Part shown: piece after piece, positions 38,663 to 47,536 of the stretch | Layout of the letters: every line of letters starts with the position of its first letter | How positions within the stretch are numbered: the stretch's first letter is position 1 | From: Vulcanimicrobiales bacterium | GTDB lineage: Bacteria > Vulcanimicrobiota > Vulcanimicrobiia > Vulcanimicrobiales > Vulcanimicrobiaceae | Reading direction: 5' to 3' | NCBI GenBank assembly: GCA_038231455.1 | Contig: JBBRLI010000017.1 | Coordinates: 1-64,000, forward strand | DNA: 64,000 nucleotides | Position numbers and translations under genes: made by a program | Notes under the pieces: generated by a model | Told to the model about the DNA's origin: nothing | Databases searched by the model: none | What the model saw: the letters and a program-made list of their open reading frames with translations, nothing else

Positions 38663-39598
38663 CTAGCGCGTAAAGTCAACAGCGGTCGTATTCGCGCCGC
38701 ACACCAACAGACCAACGCGTTCGCCCGGCGCCGGAACATACGCCCCACAGAGCAGCGCGGCGAGGGCTGCGGCTCCGCCCGGCTCCGCAACGATGCGTAC
38801 ATTTGCCCAGAGCGCGGCTTGTGCAGCGCGAATCGCATCGTCCGGAACGAGCGCGACGCGCTCCACAAATGCGCGGGCGATTGGAAACATCTGCTGACCG
38901 ACCTGACGTGGCGCCAGCGAATCGGCCGCAAGGCCGCCTGCCGGAGCGTCGACCGGTTCGCCCGCATCGAAAGCCCGCGCGAGCGTCGGAGCGGCTTCGG
39001 GTTCAACCGCGACGATCTTCACACGGCCACGATACCAGGCGGCGATCCCGCCGATGAGTCCGCCCCCGCCGACCGCAACGAGCACGGTATCGAGGTCGGC
39101 TTGACGTTCGAATTCGAGTCCCACCGAACCCTGGCCGAGCAGTGTTTCGCGTTGGTCGAAGGCGTGAATTGCCAGCGCTCCGCTCCGCGCGACGAACGCT
39201 TCACTTGCTTGCAGCGCATCGTCGTATCGTTCGCCGACAATCACCAGCTCCGCGCCATATGCTCGAATGCGATCTTGCTTGGCTTGCGAAGATGCGCTCG
39301 GCACGAAGATCGTTGCCTTGATCCCGAGCGCCTTCGCAGCATAAGCAACCGCGGCGCCGTGATTTCCGCCCGATGCCGCAACGACGCCTGCACCGGGAAT
39401 CTCGCGGCCGAGCAGGTTAGCAAACGCTCCACGCGCTTTGAACGATCCCGAATGTTGCATGAATTCAAGCTTGAGCGAAAGCCGTGCGCCGGCATGTCCG
39501 AACTCCGCGCCATCGACCGCGATCACGGGCGTCGTTCGGACGTAGCGACCGATGCGGGCGAAGGTGTCGGCGATCTCGTCGCGTGAGAGTAGGTCCAC
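38663..39598 (-). CDS. threonine/serine dehydratase (fold-type II PLP)
   Basis: TTP, KLE..Q.SGSFKARG, ASGGNHG, VGGGGL, EPGGA. Confidence 0.92.
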   Translation of the reverse strand: MDLLSRDEIADTFARIGRYVRTTPVIAVDGAEFGHAGARLSLKLEFMQHSGSFKARGAFANLLGREIPGAGVVAASGGNHGAAVAYAAKALGIKATIFVPSASSQAKQDRIRAYGAELVIVGERYDDALQASEAFVARSGALAIHAFDQRETLLGQGSVGLEFERQADLDTVLVAVGGGGLIGGIAAWYRGRVKIVAVEPEAAPTLARAFDAGEPVDAPAGGLAADSLAPRQVGQQMFPIARAFVERVALVPDDAIRAAQAALWANVRIVAEPGGAAALAALLCGAYVPAPGERVGLLVCGANTTAVDFTR

Positions 39599-39660
39599 GT
39601 AATTGAGTCCTTCCTAAGGAGAGCACCGTCTCACAGCTCCGAACGCCGCTCACGACGCGC

Positions 39661-40602
39661 TTGAAAATCCGCGTTCCGATCCTCAACGCGCCGATGACGC
39701 CGCATGCGGGCGGAGCGCTCGCGCGCGCGGTAAGCGTCGCCGGCGGGTTTGGCATGTTCGGTTTCGATGAAGACGAGTCGGCAGATGATATCCGCGCGCA
39801 GCTCGCGCTCATCGCGGCGGCTCCGGCACAACCATTCGGTGTTGGTCTCGTCGCTTGGGTGTTGGCTAAGCGTCCCGAACTCCTCGAACTGGCGATCGAA
39901 GCGACCCCAACATTTGCGAGCATCTCGTTTGGCGATCCCGCGCCGTACGTGTCGCGGCTCCACGCGGCGGGTATTCTCGTCGGCTCGCAAGTGCAAAACC
40001 GCCGCTGGGCGCAGACCGCGATCGATGCAGGTGTCGACTTCCTCATCGTACAGGGCACCGAAGCCGGAGGACACACGGGAGCGGTCGGCACGCTGCCGCT
40101 CTTGCAGCTCGTCCTCGAGATGACCGACAAGCCCGTGATTGCCGCAGGCGGGATTTTTAACGGACGCGGCCTCGCCGCAGTACTGGCGGCAGGCGCCGTC
40201 GGCGCGTGGATCGGCACGCCGTTTCTCGTCGCGCGCGAAAGCCGCACGCCACCGCGCGCGCAAGAACTCATCATCGAAAGCGATGAAACACAAACGATCT
40301 ACACCAGCGTCTACGATCGTGCGCAACAGAAAGGTTGGACGAGCGAGTTTCGCGGCCGTGCGATCCGAAACGCGTTTGCGGACCGCTGGACCGGACACGA
40401 AGATGACCTCATGCGGACGCCCGTCGCACTCGATGAGTACCGAGCAGCGCGCAGAGGCGGAGACTACACACGCGCGCATATCTATGCCGGTCAATCGATC
40501 GGCGCCATCAGTGGCGTCCGCTCGGCAGCGGAAATCGTCGGCAAAATCGAAGCGGATGCAATCGCCGCGCTAGAACGTTCGCGCGGACTCGTCGACTCCT
40601 AG
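39661..40602 (+). CDS. nitronate monooxygenase family flavoprotein
   Basis: PIL.APM, QG.EAGGH, PVIAAGGI..GRG.AA.LA.GA.G.WIGT.F, AGQS. Similarity continues upstream to ~39628. Confidence 0.9.
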   Translation: MKIRVPILNAPMTPHAGGALARAVSVAGGFGMFGFDEDESADDIRAQLALIAAAPAQPFGVGLVAWVLAKRPELLELAIEATPTFASISFGDPAPYVSRLHAAGILVGSQVQNRRWAQTAIDAGVDFLIVQGTEAGGHTGAVGTLPLLQLVLEMTDKPVIAAGGIFNGRGLAAVLAAGAVGAWIGTPFLVARESRTPPRAQELIIESDETQTIYTSVYDRAQQKGWTSEFRGRAIRNAFADRWTGHEDDLMRTPVALDEYRAARRGGDYTRAHIYAGQSIGAISGVRSAAEIVGKIEADAIAALERSRGLVDS

Positions 40603-41205
40603 GCGCGCGAGTAAGATGCCTTCGATCTGCACCGGTTCCATCATCCCACTCACGGCGGCGTCGCCGTGCCAACCCCACGCGGGAACGCCCGTTACGCCGG
40701 CTTCAAATGACGCGCGCATCGAATCGACGATCGCGGTCGCAAAACGCTTACTCTCCCAGGCCTCGCGCACGCTTGCACGATCGACACCGACGGACTCGGC
40801 GTGTGCCACGATCACGGCAATGGATGCGATATCGGCCCGATCGACAAAGAACGCGCGAGAAACAGCGTGATGGAACTGCGCCATCGCGGCGTCTCCTTTG
40901 CGTTCGCGGACGAGTTCACCAATTTGCAATGCGAGCGATGAATTGACATTACGGCGCGGTGGGTCGATCGGAATGCCGATGCGCTCGGCAAAACCGATCA
41001 GCCGTGCACGAATAGCCGGCCACTGCTCGTCCGTAAACGGTTTGGGTGCGCCTTCCGGCGGCGTATCCGGATGCAATTCAAACGGACGCCACTGCACCTG
41101 CGCGCCGATTGCCGCTGCTGCTTGCTCGATCCAGACCGAACCGAGATAACAAAACGGTCAAACGACGTCGGACCAGACATCGAGGATCCGGGGCGATTCT
41201 TTCAC
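40570..41205 (-). CDS. FrnE/DsbA-like oxidoreductase, predicted selenoprotein (UxxC)
   Basis: GTG 41205 reads MKESPRILDVWSDVV-TGA(41160-41158)-PFCYLG...WRPFELHPD.P.EG...GVTGVP in one frame. The TGA aligns to the first Cys of the FrnE D.VCP.CY.G motif. Confidence 0.85.
41125..41145 (-). promoter_or_regulatory. bacterial SECIS-like hairpin
   Basis: mRNA UGA-12 nt-CUCGGUUC-GGUCU-GGAUCGAG: 8-bp stem with two GU pairs, and an apical GGUCU loop starting 20 nt after the UGA. Confidence 0.75.
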
Positions 41206-41843
41206 TAGGGCCTATACATCAATTGATCGTGTGCGTCGATCCCGATCCGGCCGCGCTGCGAGCCGTGCGCGATCGCATCGCTATGATACACGACTGCGAT
41301 CCCGTTTGCATGCGTGAGCGAGGCCCGTAAGGTAACCGTGATATCGGCGCGACCTTGGTCGTCGGCCCGAAACGTATTCTGCGTTGCGAATCCGTCGAGC
41401 GGCGCAGAGGTGACCTCCGAAAACCGATCCTCGAAGAGCGAGTAGATACCGCCCGGAATTAGGCCCGCGAACGTCGCGCGAATGCGCGGCGAAGTCGGCA
41501 GCGACATGTCGATCACGAGTGTCCCGCGCGCACCGAACCAAGCGCCGAGCGTTACACCGAGGGCATGGCCGTCCGCACCGAGTGCGGGCGCGGACGGATT
41601 ATCGGATGCGCGCGCCGGACGAATACCCCCCACGTGCTGGATCGCTTGCGGCCCGATTCCAGCCCCTGCGCCCGCGGCCACCACGAACACGTGCGGATCG
41701 ATCACATCGTCTTGGTGCGTTTCCAGTGAAAAATACGCGGCGTGAATAACGAAAGCGTGGATCGACTCGCCCGGCGCTGCGATCGCGATCTCCCCAGAAA
41801 ACCCGAGCGCCGCCGCGCACACGACAGCGCGAAGCATGCTCAC
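41205..41843 (-). CDS. exported hypothetical protein
   Basis: Signal peptide; HAA.FS.E, TLG.W..A.G, L.P.G.YSLF, YHSD...HG; overlaps both neighbours (translational coupling). Confidence 0.75.
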   Translation of the reverse strand: MSMLRAVVCAAALGFSGEIAIAAPGESIHAFVIHAAYFSLETHQDDVIDPHVFVVAAGAGAGIGPQAIQHVGGIRPARASDNPSAPALGADGHALGVTLGAWFGARGTLVIDMSLPTSPRIRATFAGLIPGGIYSLFEDRFSEVTSAPLDGFATQNTFRADDQGRADITVTLRASLTHANGIAVVYHSDAIAHGSQRGRIGIDAHDQLMYRP

Positions 41844-42289
41844 GACGGGCGGACCTGCATGATACCGATCCAGTCGCTCGCGGTAAAGACGGTTTCGTCG
41901 TTTTGATTGGTCGCGCTCACCTCCATCGTGATCGAACCACGATCGGGTTTGCTCTGCGAACGACGCTTTTCGCGCACGTGAACGTGCACGACGAGCACGT
42001 CGCCCGGCCGCACGGGTTTGAGCCACGCGAGTTTCCCGATCCCGGGTGACCCAAGACTGGTCTGTCCGTCGAAATACGTATCGATCAGCACGCGCATGAT
42101 CATTGCGGCCGTATGCCAGCCGCTCGCGATGATGCCGCCGTAGGGCGAGGCGGCAGCCGCGGTCGGATCGATGTGGATCGGCTGCGGGTCGTAACGACGA
42201 GCGAACGCATCGACTTCGGCTGCCTCGACGCGGACTTCGCCGCACCTGACGCGTTCGTCGAGCGCGTAATCGTCCCAGTATTTGGTCAT
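41840..42289 (-). CDS. MaoC family dehydratase
   Basis: FA..YDPQPIH.D, GIIASGWHT, W.KPVRPGD.L, NQ..E.V. Confidence 0.92.
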   Translation of the reverse strand: MTKYWDDYALDERVRCGEVRVEAAEVDAFARRYDPQPIHIDPTAAAASPYGGIIASGWHTAAMIMRVLIDTYFDGQTSLGSPGIGKLAWLKPVRPGDVLVVHVHVREKRRSQSKPDRGSITMEVSATNQNDETVFTASDWIGIMQVRPS

Positions 42290-42377
42290 GCCGCCCGCTT
42301 CCTTAGCGTACGGATGCTTCCTTGGGTCTGGAGACCGACGAGCGATCTCGAGCATGCGTGTCGAAGAGGATACGACC

Positions 42378-43073
42378 ATGCGTACGCTTTTTACCGCGTT
42401 TCTTCTCTCCGTCGCGCTACTCGCGCCGAGCGCCGCGCGCGCCGCCGATATGCCGACGCAAACGGTCTCGGGCATCCCGCTCGATGCGCCGTGGAAAGCG
42501 ACGATCTACGCCTTCGCTCAGCAACACTTCTTGCACCCGGCTTGGGGCTGGCAACACTCCGAGCGCGACTATCGTCTCGCCGTCGATATCGCCAAAGGCG
42601 AGGGTATGACCGTCGACACCGACGTGCTATTCGCCGCCGCCATGCTGCACGATATGGCCGCCTACTCGCCGTGGGAAGATAACAAACGCGAACACGGCGA
42701 CGTCGCTGCAGAAACGAGCGAATCCGTCTTACGCGACGCCGGCTTCCCGATGGCAAAATTCCCCGCCGTCCAGGCGGCCGAACGCGGTCATATGTACTAC
42801 AGCAAAGCAACGCTGCCCGAAGCGGTCGCATTGCACGACGCCGACTCGGTGGATTTCCTCGGCGTGATGGGTGCCACGCGCATCATTGCGCTCACCGGCG
42901 AAAAGAAGCCCGACGTGCAAGGTGCGATCAAAACGCTGCTTAGCTTCATCAAAGACATCCCGCCGAAGCTCGTGACCAAGACCGCCCAGAAGATGGGAGC
43001 CGATCGCGTCGTGGAACTTTCGCGCTTTCTCGATGCACTCACGGCCGAGAGCTACGGCGGCAAAGCCGCGTAG
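42378..43073 (+). CDS. HD-domain phosphohydrolase with signal peptide
   Basis: MRTLFTAFLLSVALLAPSAARA signal; H..R, LHD, H, HDAD..D.LG. Confidence 0.85.
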   Translation: MRTLFTAFLLSVALLAPSAARAADMPTQTVSGIPLDAPWKATIYAFAQQHFLHPAWGWQHSERDYRLAVDIAKGEGMTVDTDVLFAAAMLHDMAAYSPWEDNKREHGDVAAETSESVLRDAGFPMAKFPAVQAAERGHMYYSKATLPEAVALHDADSVDFLGVMGATRIIALTGEKKPDVQGAIKTLLSFIKDIPPKLVTKTAQKMGADRVVELSRFLDALTAESYGGKAA

Positions 43074-43079
43074 ACGCCA

Positions 43080-43646
43080 GTGGCCAAACTTTACTTCCGC
43101 TACTCGGCGATGAACGCCGGAAAGTCGACGGCGCTCCTCCAAGTCGCGCATAACTACGAGGAGTATGGCCGCCGCGTCGCGCTCTTCACCTCGGCAATTG
43201 ACGACCGCTTCGGCGTCGGCGTTATTACCTCACGCCTCGGCCCGCGACGACCCGCAACCACATTCGATGAGGCATTCGACTTCTTCGCCTACGCGACGGA
43301 CAACCGCGATCTTGCGTGCCTGCTCGTCGATGAGGCGCAGTTTCTCACCGAACACCAGGTTCGCCAATTACATCAAACCGCGCACATTCTCGCTATTCCG
43401 GCAATCTGTTACGGTATTCGCAGTGATTTTCTGGGTGTTGCCTTTCCTGGTGCGGCTGCGCTTTTGACGCTCGCCGATAGTATCGAAGAGATCAAGACCG
43501 TCTGCGCGTGCGGGAAAAAAGCCACGATGAACCCGCGCTACGACGAGAGCGACCGGCGCATCGTCTCAGGCGAACAGATCGCAATCGAGGGCAAAGCGCG
43601 CTACCGCCAAGTTTGCGGCAGTTGCTTTTACAGCGACCTTCCCTAA
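43080..43646 (+). CDS. tdk: thymidine kinase
   Basis: MAKLYFRY.AMNAGKST, LVDEAQFL, YG.R.DF, C.CG.KA.MN, C..C. Confidence 0.96.
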   Translation: MAKLYFRYSAMNAGKSTALLQVAHNYEEYGRRVALFTSAIDDRFGVGVITSRLGPRRPATTFDEAFDFFAYATDNRDLACLLVDEAQFLTEHQVRQLHQTAHILAIPAICYGIRSDFLGVAFPGAAALLTLADSIEEIKTVCACGKKATMNPRYDESDRRIVSGEQIAIEGKARYRQVCGSCFYSDLP

Positions 43647-43653
43647 GCGCACA

Positions 43654-44130
43654 TCAATCGACGGGCGAGAGCGCCTCGAACACAACCGCCGTCGCGATGC
43701 CAAACACTGCGTGCGGGATGATGTCGGAGAGCCAGCCCGCGAGATCCCACTCTTTGGGATCGGTCGCTTCGAGGATGGTTGCCGTTACGTCGGTGAGCGC
43801 CATCGATGCGGCGCCGACGAGGAGACCCGCAAGCAGCACGGGGATTCGTCCGCGCACGGCGGGCCGGATCGCACCGTAAATCACGCCCACGCCGATACCA
43901 CTGAGCGGGCCCAGGAGCGAGCCGAACGCGGTCTGACGATTCTTGGTTGGTTCGTCGGGGTCGGGCGACGCGAGCGCGTCGATCCCGGCCTTGGCGGCGA
44001 TCTTTTGCGCGACGGTCTGCGTCATCGCGCTTGCGCCTCGACCGCGCACGAGCATGTCGGTGTAACTTGTTGCGTCGAGCGCGACCGTGCCGACGGCACT
44101 CGCAGCGGCTCCGAGGAGTAGCGTATTCAT
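43654..44130 (-). CDS. hypothetical membrane protein
   Basis: TY.DM..RGR..S, TDP..W....WL.D..PH..FG; hydrophobic. Confidence 0.75.
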   Translation of the reverse strand: MNTLLLGAAASAVGTVALDATSYTDMLVRGRGASAMTQTVAQKIAAKAGIDALASPDPDEPTKNRQTAFGSLLGPLSGIGVGVIYGAIRPAVRGRIPVLLAGLLVGAASMALTDVTATILEATDPKEWDLAGWLSDIIPHAVFGIATAVVFEALSPVD

Positions 44131-44169
44131 GGGCGGTCTTTACCCACGAGCGCGCTACTCGAGCGCCTT

Positions 44170-44466
44170 TTAGCCGATGCAGCCGATCACGTGATCGGTT
44201 TCATCGACGACGATCGTGACCGTGCCGGCCGTGCGGCGCAGACGTTCGGCGATCATCGGCGGTGCGATCACGCGCCGCGTGCCGCCGACGTGAAGGTCGC
44301 GAATCTCGACGATACCGCGATCGACGGAGACGATGGTGCCCTCGATCGAACTCTCGCGCGGACGTGGGGTGGCGATGACGAGGCCGGCGAGCGGCGAGGC
44401 GGGACGATCAAGGACCAGGCTATTGACGATCGATTCTGCTGCTTTGAGGGCGTCGAATGCGTACAT
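44170..44466 (-). CDS. hypothetical protein (OB-like C-terminus?)
   Basis: AAGGAG RBS upstream of ATG; IEGTIVSVDRGIVEI strand pattern. Confidence 0.6.
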   Translation of the reverse strand: MYAFDALKAAESIVNSLVLDRPASPLAGLVIATPRPRESSIEGTIVSVDRGIVEIRDLHVGGTRRVIAPPMIAERLRRTAGTVTIVVDETDHVIGCIG

Positions 44467-44792
44467 GAGCGCTCCTTACCGTGATGTGTTGCAAGCATGG
44501 TGCCCTTAAGCTCGCGCAATCTTCACATGCAAACGGCAAACCGTTTGCAGAAAACCGGTCTTCTTTGTCCGTAGGAGCATGGGCTTGCTTGAACGTAGAA
44601 AACAAGTCCGTACATCACAGTACTGATGCTCGCAGGCGACACCGCTGAAGAAATTTCCGGTATTCAAGCACGGAAAAGAAGCACGGACTCCCTGGTTAGC
44701 TCACCGACTAAGCATGCGCTCTATGCTAAAGTCGCGTTCCGTGCACGCCGTAAAACCTAATAGCGGGATGACTATCTCCGCAGGAGTTACGG

Positions 44793-46292
44793 ATGACGAC
44801 TTCGTTTGTACGGATCGCGTGTTCTGTCGTATTCACGACACTGAGTTTTTCCGCGTGCGGCGGCGGCGGCGGCGGATCGATGCCCGCGCCCGTCGTATCG
44901 CAACCGCAACAGGCACCAATCGATGCAACGATCGGCTCGCCGACATCCGGCTCGATTCAGAAGATGACGTACAACGCACCGTACGGCGGCCAAGGCGCGG
45001 GGAAATCGATCTATCTGCTCGGTGCAAACGGCTGCGGCGACATTGCCGTGAATCCCGGAACATCCAGTGCCTTTCCAGCGAACGTCGCAAATGGGACGCT
45101 CAAATCGGGTACGCTCGTTTCCGTTACGGGAACGGCGACGAATTATCAAGGCGTCGTCATCAGCGTCGGCTGTCCGACCGGTGGCATCGTTGCGATGTCC
45201 GTAACGATCGGCGGCGCAAGCGCGCCGCCGGCGATCGCAACGCCACAGCCCGCAGGTGCGAGCGTTTCATGCGTTACGCTTGACGCAAAGTACAATCGCC
45301 AAGATCTCCCCGCGTGTTTCACGCCGTATAGCAATGCGAGTCCCTGGAATCAGGCATTACCCGCCGCGCCGCAAGCACTTGCGACTTCGCAAACGATCAT
45401 GGACTTTCTCTTCTCCTCCGGCTTCAGTACCGGCATGAACTCGCCGCGGATCGGCAGCCCGTTTTACGGCGATGTCGATTATAATTTTCCGTACTACTTC
45501 GCGACGGCGAGTGACCCGCTCGTGACCTTGCACTGCTTCGAGCCGTGGGGACGATGCGGTTTCGAAGGTATGCAGATTCACATCCCCGCAAACGCGAAGC
45601 CCGCGATGGGCTGCTGCGACCATCACGTTACCGTCATCGACGTCGCAACGGCAGACGAATACGATTTCTACGAAGCGCCGACGAACGTAGCCGCAAACGG
45701 CGGCACGTACAGCGTCGGCTGGGGCGGCAAAACGAATTTGCGCACGGGCACCGGCTTCGGCGCTGGCAGCGGAACGGCAGCAGGGTCGAGTCAACTCGGC
45801 GGCGTCGTGCGCGTCTCCGAATTTCAAAGCGGCGTCATCCACCACGCGCTCTCGCTCACGACGTCATGCTCCCTGACGACGGCGCCGGTCTACCCGGCCA
45901 CCTCGAACTCCGTCCAGCCGTGCCCCGGCGGTGCCGTCGGCTTGACGGCCCCACTCGGTTCGCGACTCTGGCTCGACCTCGATGCAACGGCAATCGGCGC
46001 CCTACCGGTCTCAAATGCAACGAAAATCGTGCTAAACGCGCTGCATACCTACGGCGGCTTTGTGACCGACACCAACGGCAATACCGCAAGTCTCGCTGTG
46101 AACTCGATCCCCGAAGCGCCAACTTCGTTCGTTGCATCAGGCGGAAGCGATGCGGTCGGGGCCTGGTATGCCGCCAACGTCCCGGCGTATCCGTGGCGCG
46201 CCAACACCTACCAGCTCGACATCTGGAGCGCGGTCGACTGGCAGCATCACCTCCACGTCCTCGATCCGTGCGTCACGCGATCCAACTGCTGA
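44793..46292 (+). CDS. Cys-rich lipoprotein of unknown function
   Basis: AGGAG RBS; lipobox FSAC followed by poly-Gly; C-terminal globular domain PY...SPWN, DHH, EYDF, GVVR..E...G.I.HAL, AL..YG..V.D. Confidence 0.8.
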   Translation: MTTSFVRIACSVVFTTLSFSACGGGGGGSMPAPVVSQPQQAPIDATIGSPTSGSIQKMTYNAPYGGQGAGKSIYLLGANGCGDIAVNPGTSSAFPANVANGTLKSGTLVSVTGTATNYQGVVISVGCPTGGIVAMSVTIGGASAPPAIATPQPAGASVSCVTLDAKYNRQDLPACFTPYSNASPWNQALPAAPQALATSQTIMDFLFSSGFSTGMNSPRIGSPFYGDVDYNFPYYFATASDPLVTLHCFEPWGRCGFEGMQIHIPANAKPAMGCCDHHVTVIDVATADEYDFYEAPTNVAANGGTYSVGWGGKTNLRTGTGFGAGSGTAAGSSQLGGVVRVSEFQSGVIHHALSLTTSCSLTTAPVYPATSNSVQPCPGGAVGLTAPLGSRLWLDLDATAIGALPVSNATKIVLNALHTYGGFVTDTNGNTASLAVNSIPEAPTSFVASGGSDAVGAWYAANVPAYPWRANTYQLDIWSAVDWQHHLHVLDPCVTRSNC

Positions 46293-46411
46293 TCGCCGAA
46301 GACGCTTTGGTCTCTCGAGTGCCGGGAAGTGCGCGCTAGGAAGCGAACGAACCGTTTGCTTCCCCCGCTTACTCGGGGTCGATTGCGCCATTGCTGTTTC
46401 GGGAGATATCC

Positions 46412-46747
46412 GTGGCTTACCGTCCGTTCTACGACTACCAACTCAAGCTGCAGAACGATCCGCTCGAACTCGCGAAGTTTCGTCGAGGCGGTGAAACGGC
46501 TTTGGAATCGATGCGCGAACACGGTTTACCGGATGAACTCTTGTCATTGCTGCTCTCGGAGAGCCGTGAAGATCGAGCGAAACTTTTTCGTTACGCCGAG
46601 ACCGAACTAGCACAGACCGGCAAAGCGACGACATTCGCGGAAATGTTAATCACCTTTACGGATCCGGAACCCGAGGGCGAGCCGCAGCCGGAACCGGAAC
46701 CGGCAACGCCCAAACCCGGCGAGCCGGGTACAAAACGCTCCGGATAA
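46412..46747 (+). CDS. split-borosin precursor (SonA-like helical-bundle/BBD leader + core + acidic Pro-rich tail)
   Basis: GGGAGA RBS + GTG. FYDYQLKLQNDP..L..FRR....MREHGL.DE...LLLS matches the LigA-like borosin-binding bundle. It ends 3 bp before the methyltransferase. Confidence 0.82.
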   Translation: MAYRPFYDYQLKLQNDPLELAKFRRGGETALESMREHGLPDELLSLLLSESREDRAKLFRYAETELAQTGKATTFAEMLITFTDPEPEGEPQPEPEPATPKPGEPGTKRSG

Positions 46748-46750
46748 GCT

Positions 46751-47536
46751 ATGCCACGACCCGGCTCACTGACGGCCGTTGGATGCGGTATCCTAGCTCC
46801 CGCTCAAATCACGAACGAAGCACTCGTCCACCTCGCTGGGGCGGATTGCGTGCTCTCGCTCATTGCCGATCCCGTAGCTGCTGCTTTTCTTGCGAGCGTC
46901 AACCCGCAGACGCGCTCGCTCGCGGGCCACTACGGCGTGGGGAAGCCGCGTATCCAAACATATGAAGACATCACAGCCGACATCGTCGAGACAGTCCGTT
47001 CGGGTCAACGCGTTTGCGCGGTAACCTACGGTCATCCCGGCATCTACGCGTACCCGCTGCATGAGTCGATTCGTCGCGTTCGAGCGCTCGGACTCAATGC
47101 GCAAATGGTACCCGGGGTCTCAGCCGACGCTTGCCTTTTTGCAGAGCTCGGCATCGATCCCGCACGATCGGGAACGACCAGTTTTGAGGCGACCGATTTC
47201 CTGATTTACGACCGCCATATCGATCTGACAACGACGCTGATTCTCTGGCAAATAGGCGTTATTGGCGAACGCGCTTATAAAACGGATTCCGGACCGTGGA
47301 ATACGGATGGCGTCCACGCATTGGCCGAGCGTTTATGCGAGGCGTATCCCGCCGACCACGAGGTCACCGTCTATCAAGCGGCGCGGTTCATTACCGAGCG
47401 ATCGACGATCGCACGGGTGCCACTTCATGCGCTCGCGACGGCGCCGATCACGCCGCTATCGACGTTGGTCGTTCCGCCAGCCGCGGCACGCATTCTCAAT
47501 CGGGCAGCCTATCAACGCTTGACCGCCTCGGCATGA
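46751..47536 (+). CDS. borosin-type peptide alpha-N-methyltransferase (SonM/OphMA-like, TP_methylase fold)
   Basis: GSL..VG.GI, Y61-GVGKP-R67-IQT-Y71, Y93GHPG, PGVSA.ACLFA.LGIDP...G, EATDFL, LILWQIG, Y.A, STL.VPP. Confidence 0.92.
   Translation: MPRPGSLTAVGCGILAPAQITNEALVHLAGADCVLSLIADPVAAAFLASVNPQTRSLAGHYGVGKPRIQTYEDITADIVETVRSGQRVCAVTYGHPGIYAYPLHESIRRVRALGLNAQMVPGVSADACLFAELGIDPARSGTTSFEATDFLIYDRHIDLTTTLILWQIGVIGERAYKTDSGPWNTDGVHALAERLCEAYPADHEVTVYQAARFITERSTIARVPLHALATAPITPLSTLVVPPAAARILNRAAYQRLTASA

Noticed and set aside
44521-44600. c-di-GMP-I (GEMM) riboswitch suggested by GGCAAACC
   Set aside because: The GNRA-capped P2 and the downstream GACGCAAAGC/P3 elements are absent; better explained as a simple inverted repeat.
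46751-47536. Cobalamin/siroheme tetrapyrrole methylase or RsmI
   Set aside because: It has YGHPG (not GDP) plus the R...Y and LWQIG borosin motifs, an adjacent SonA-like gene, and no cob/cys context.
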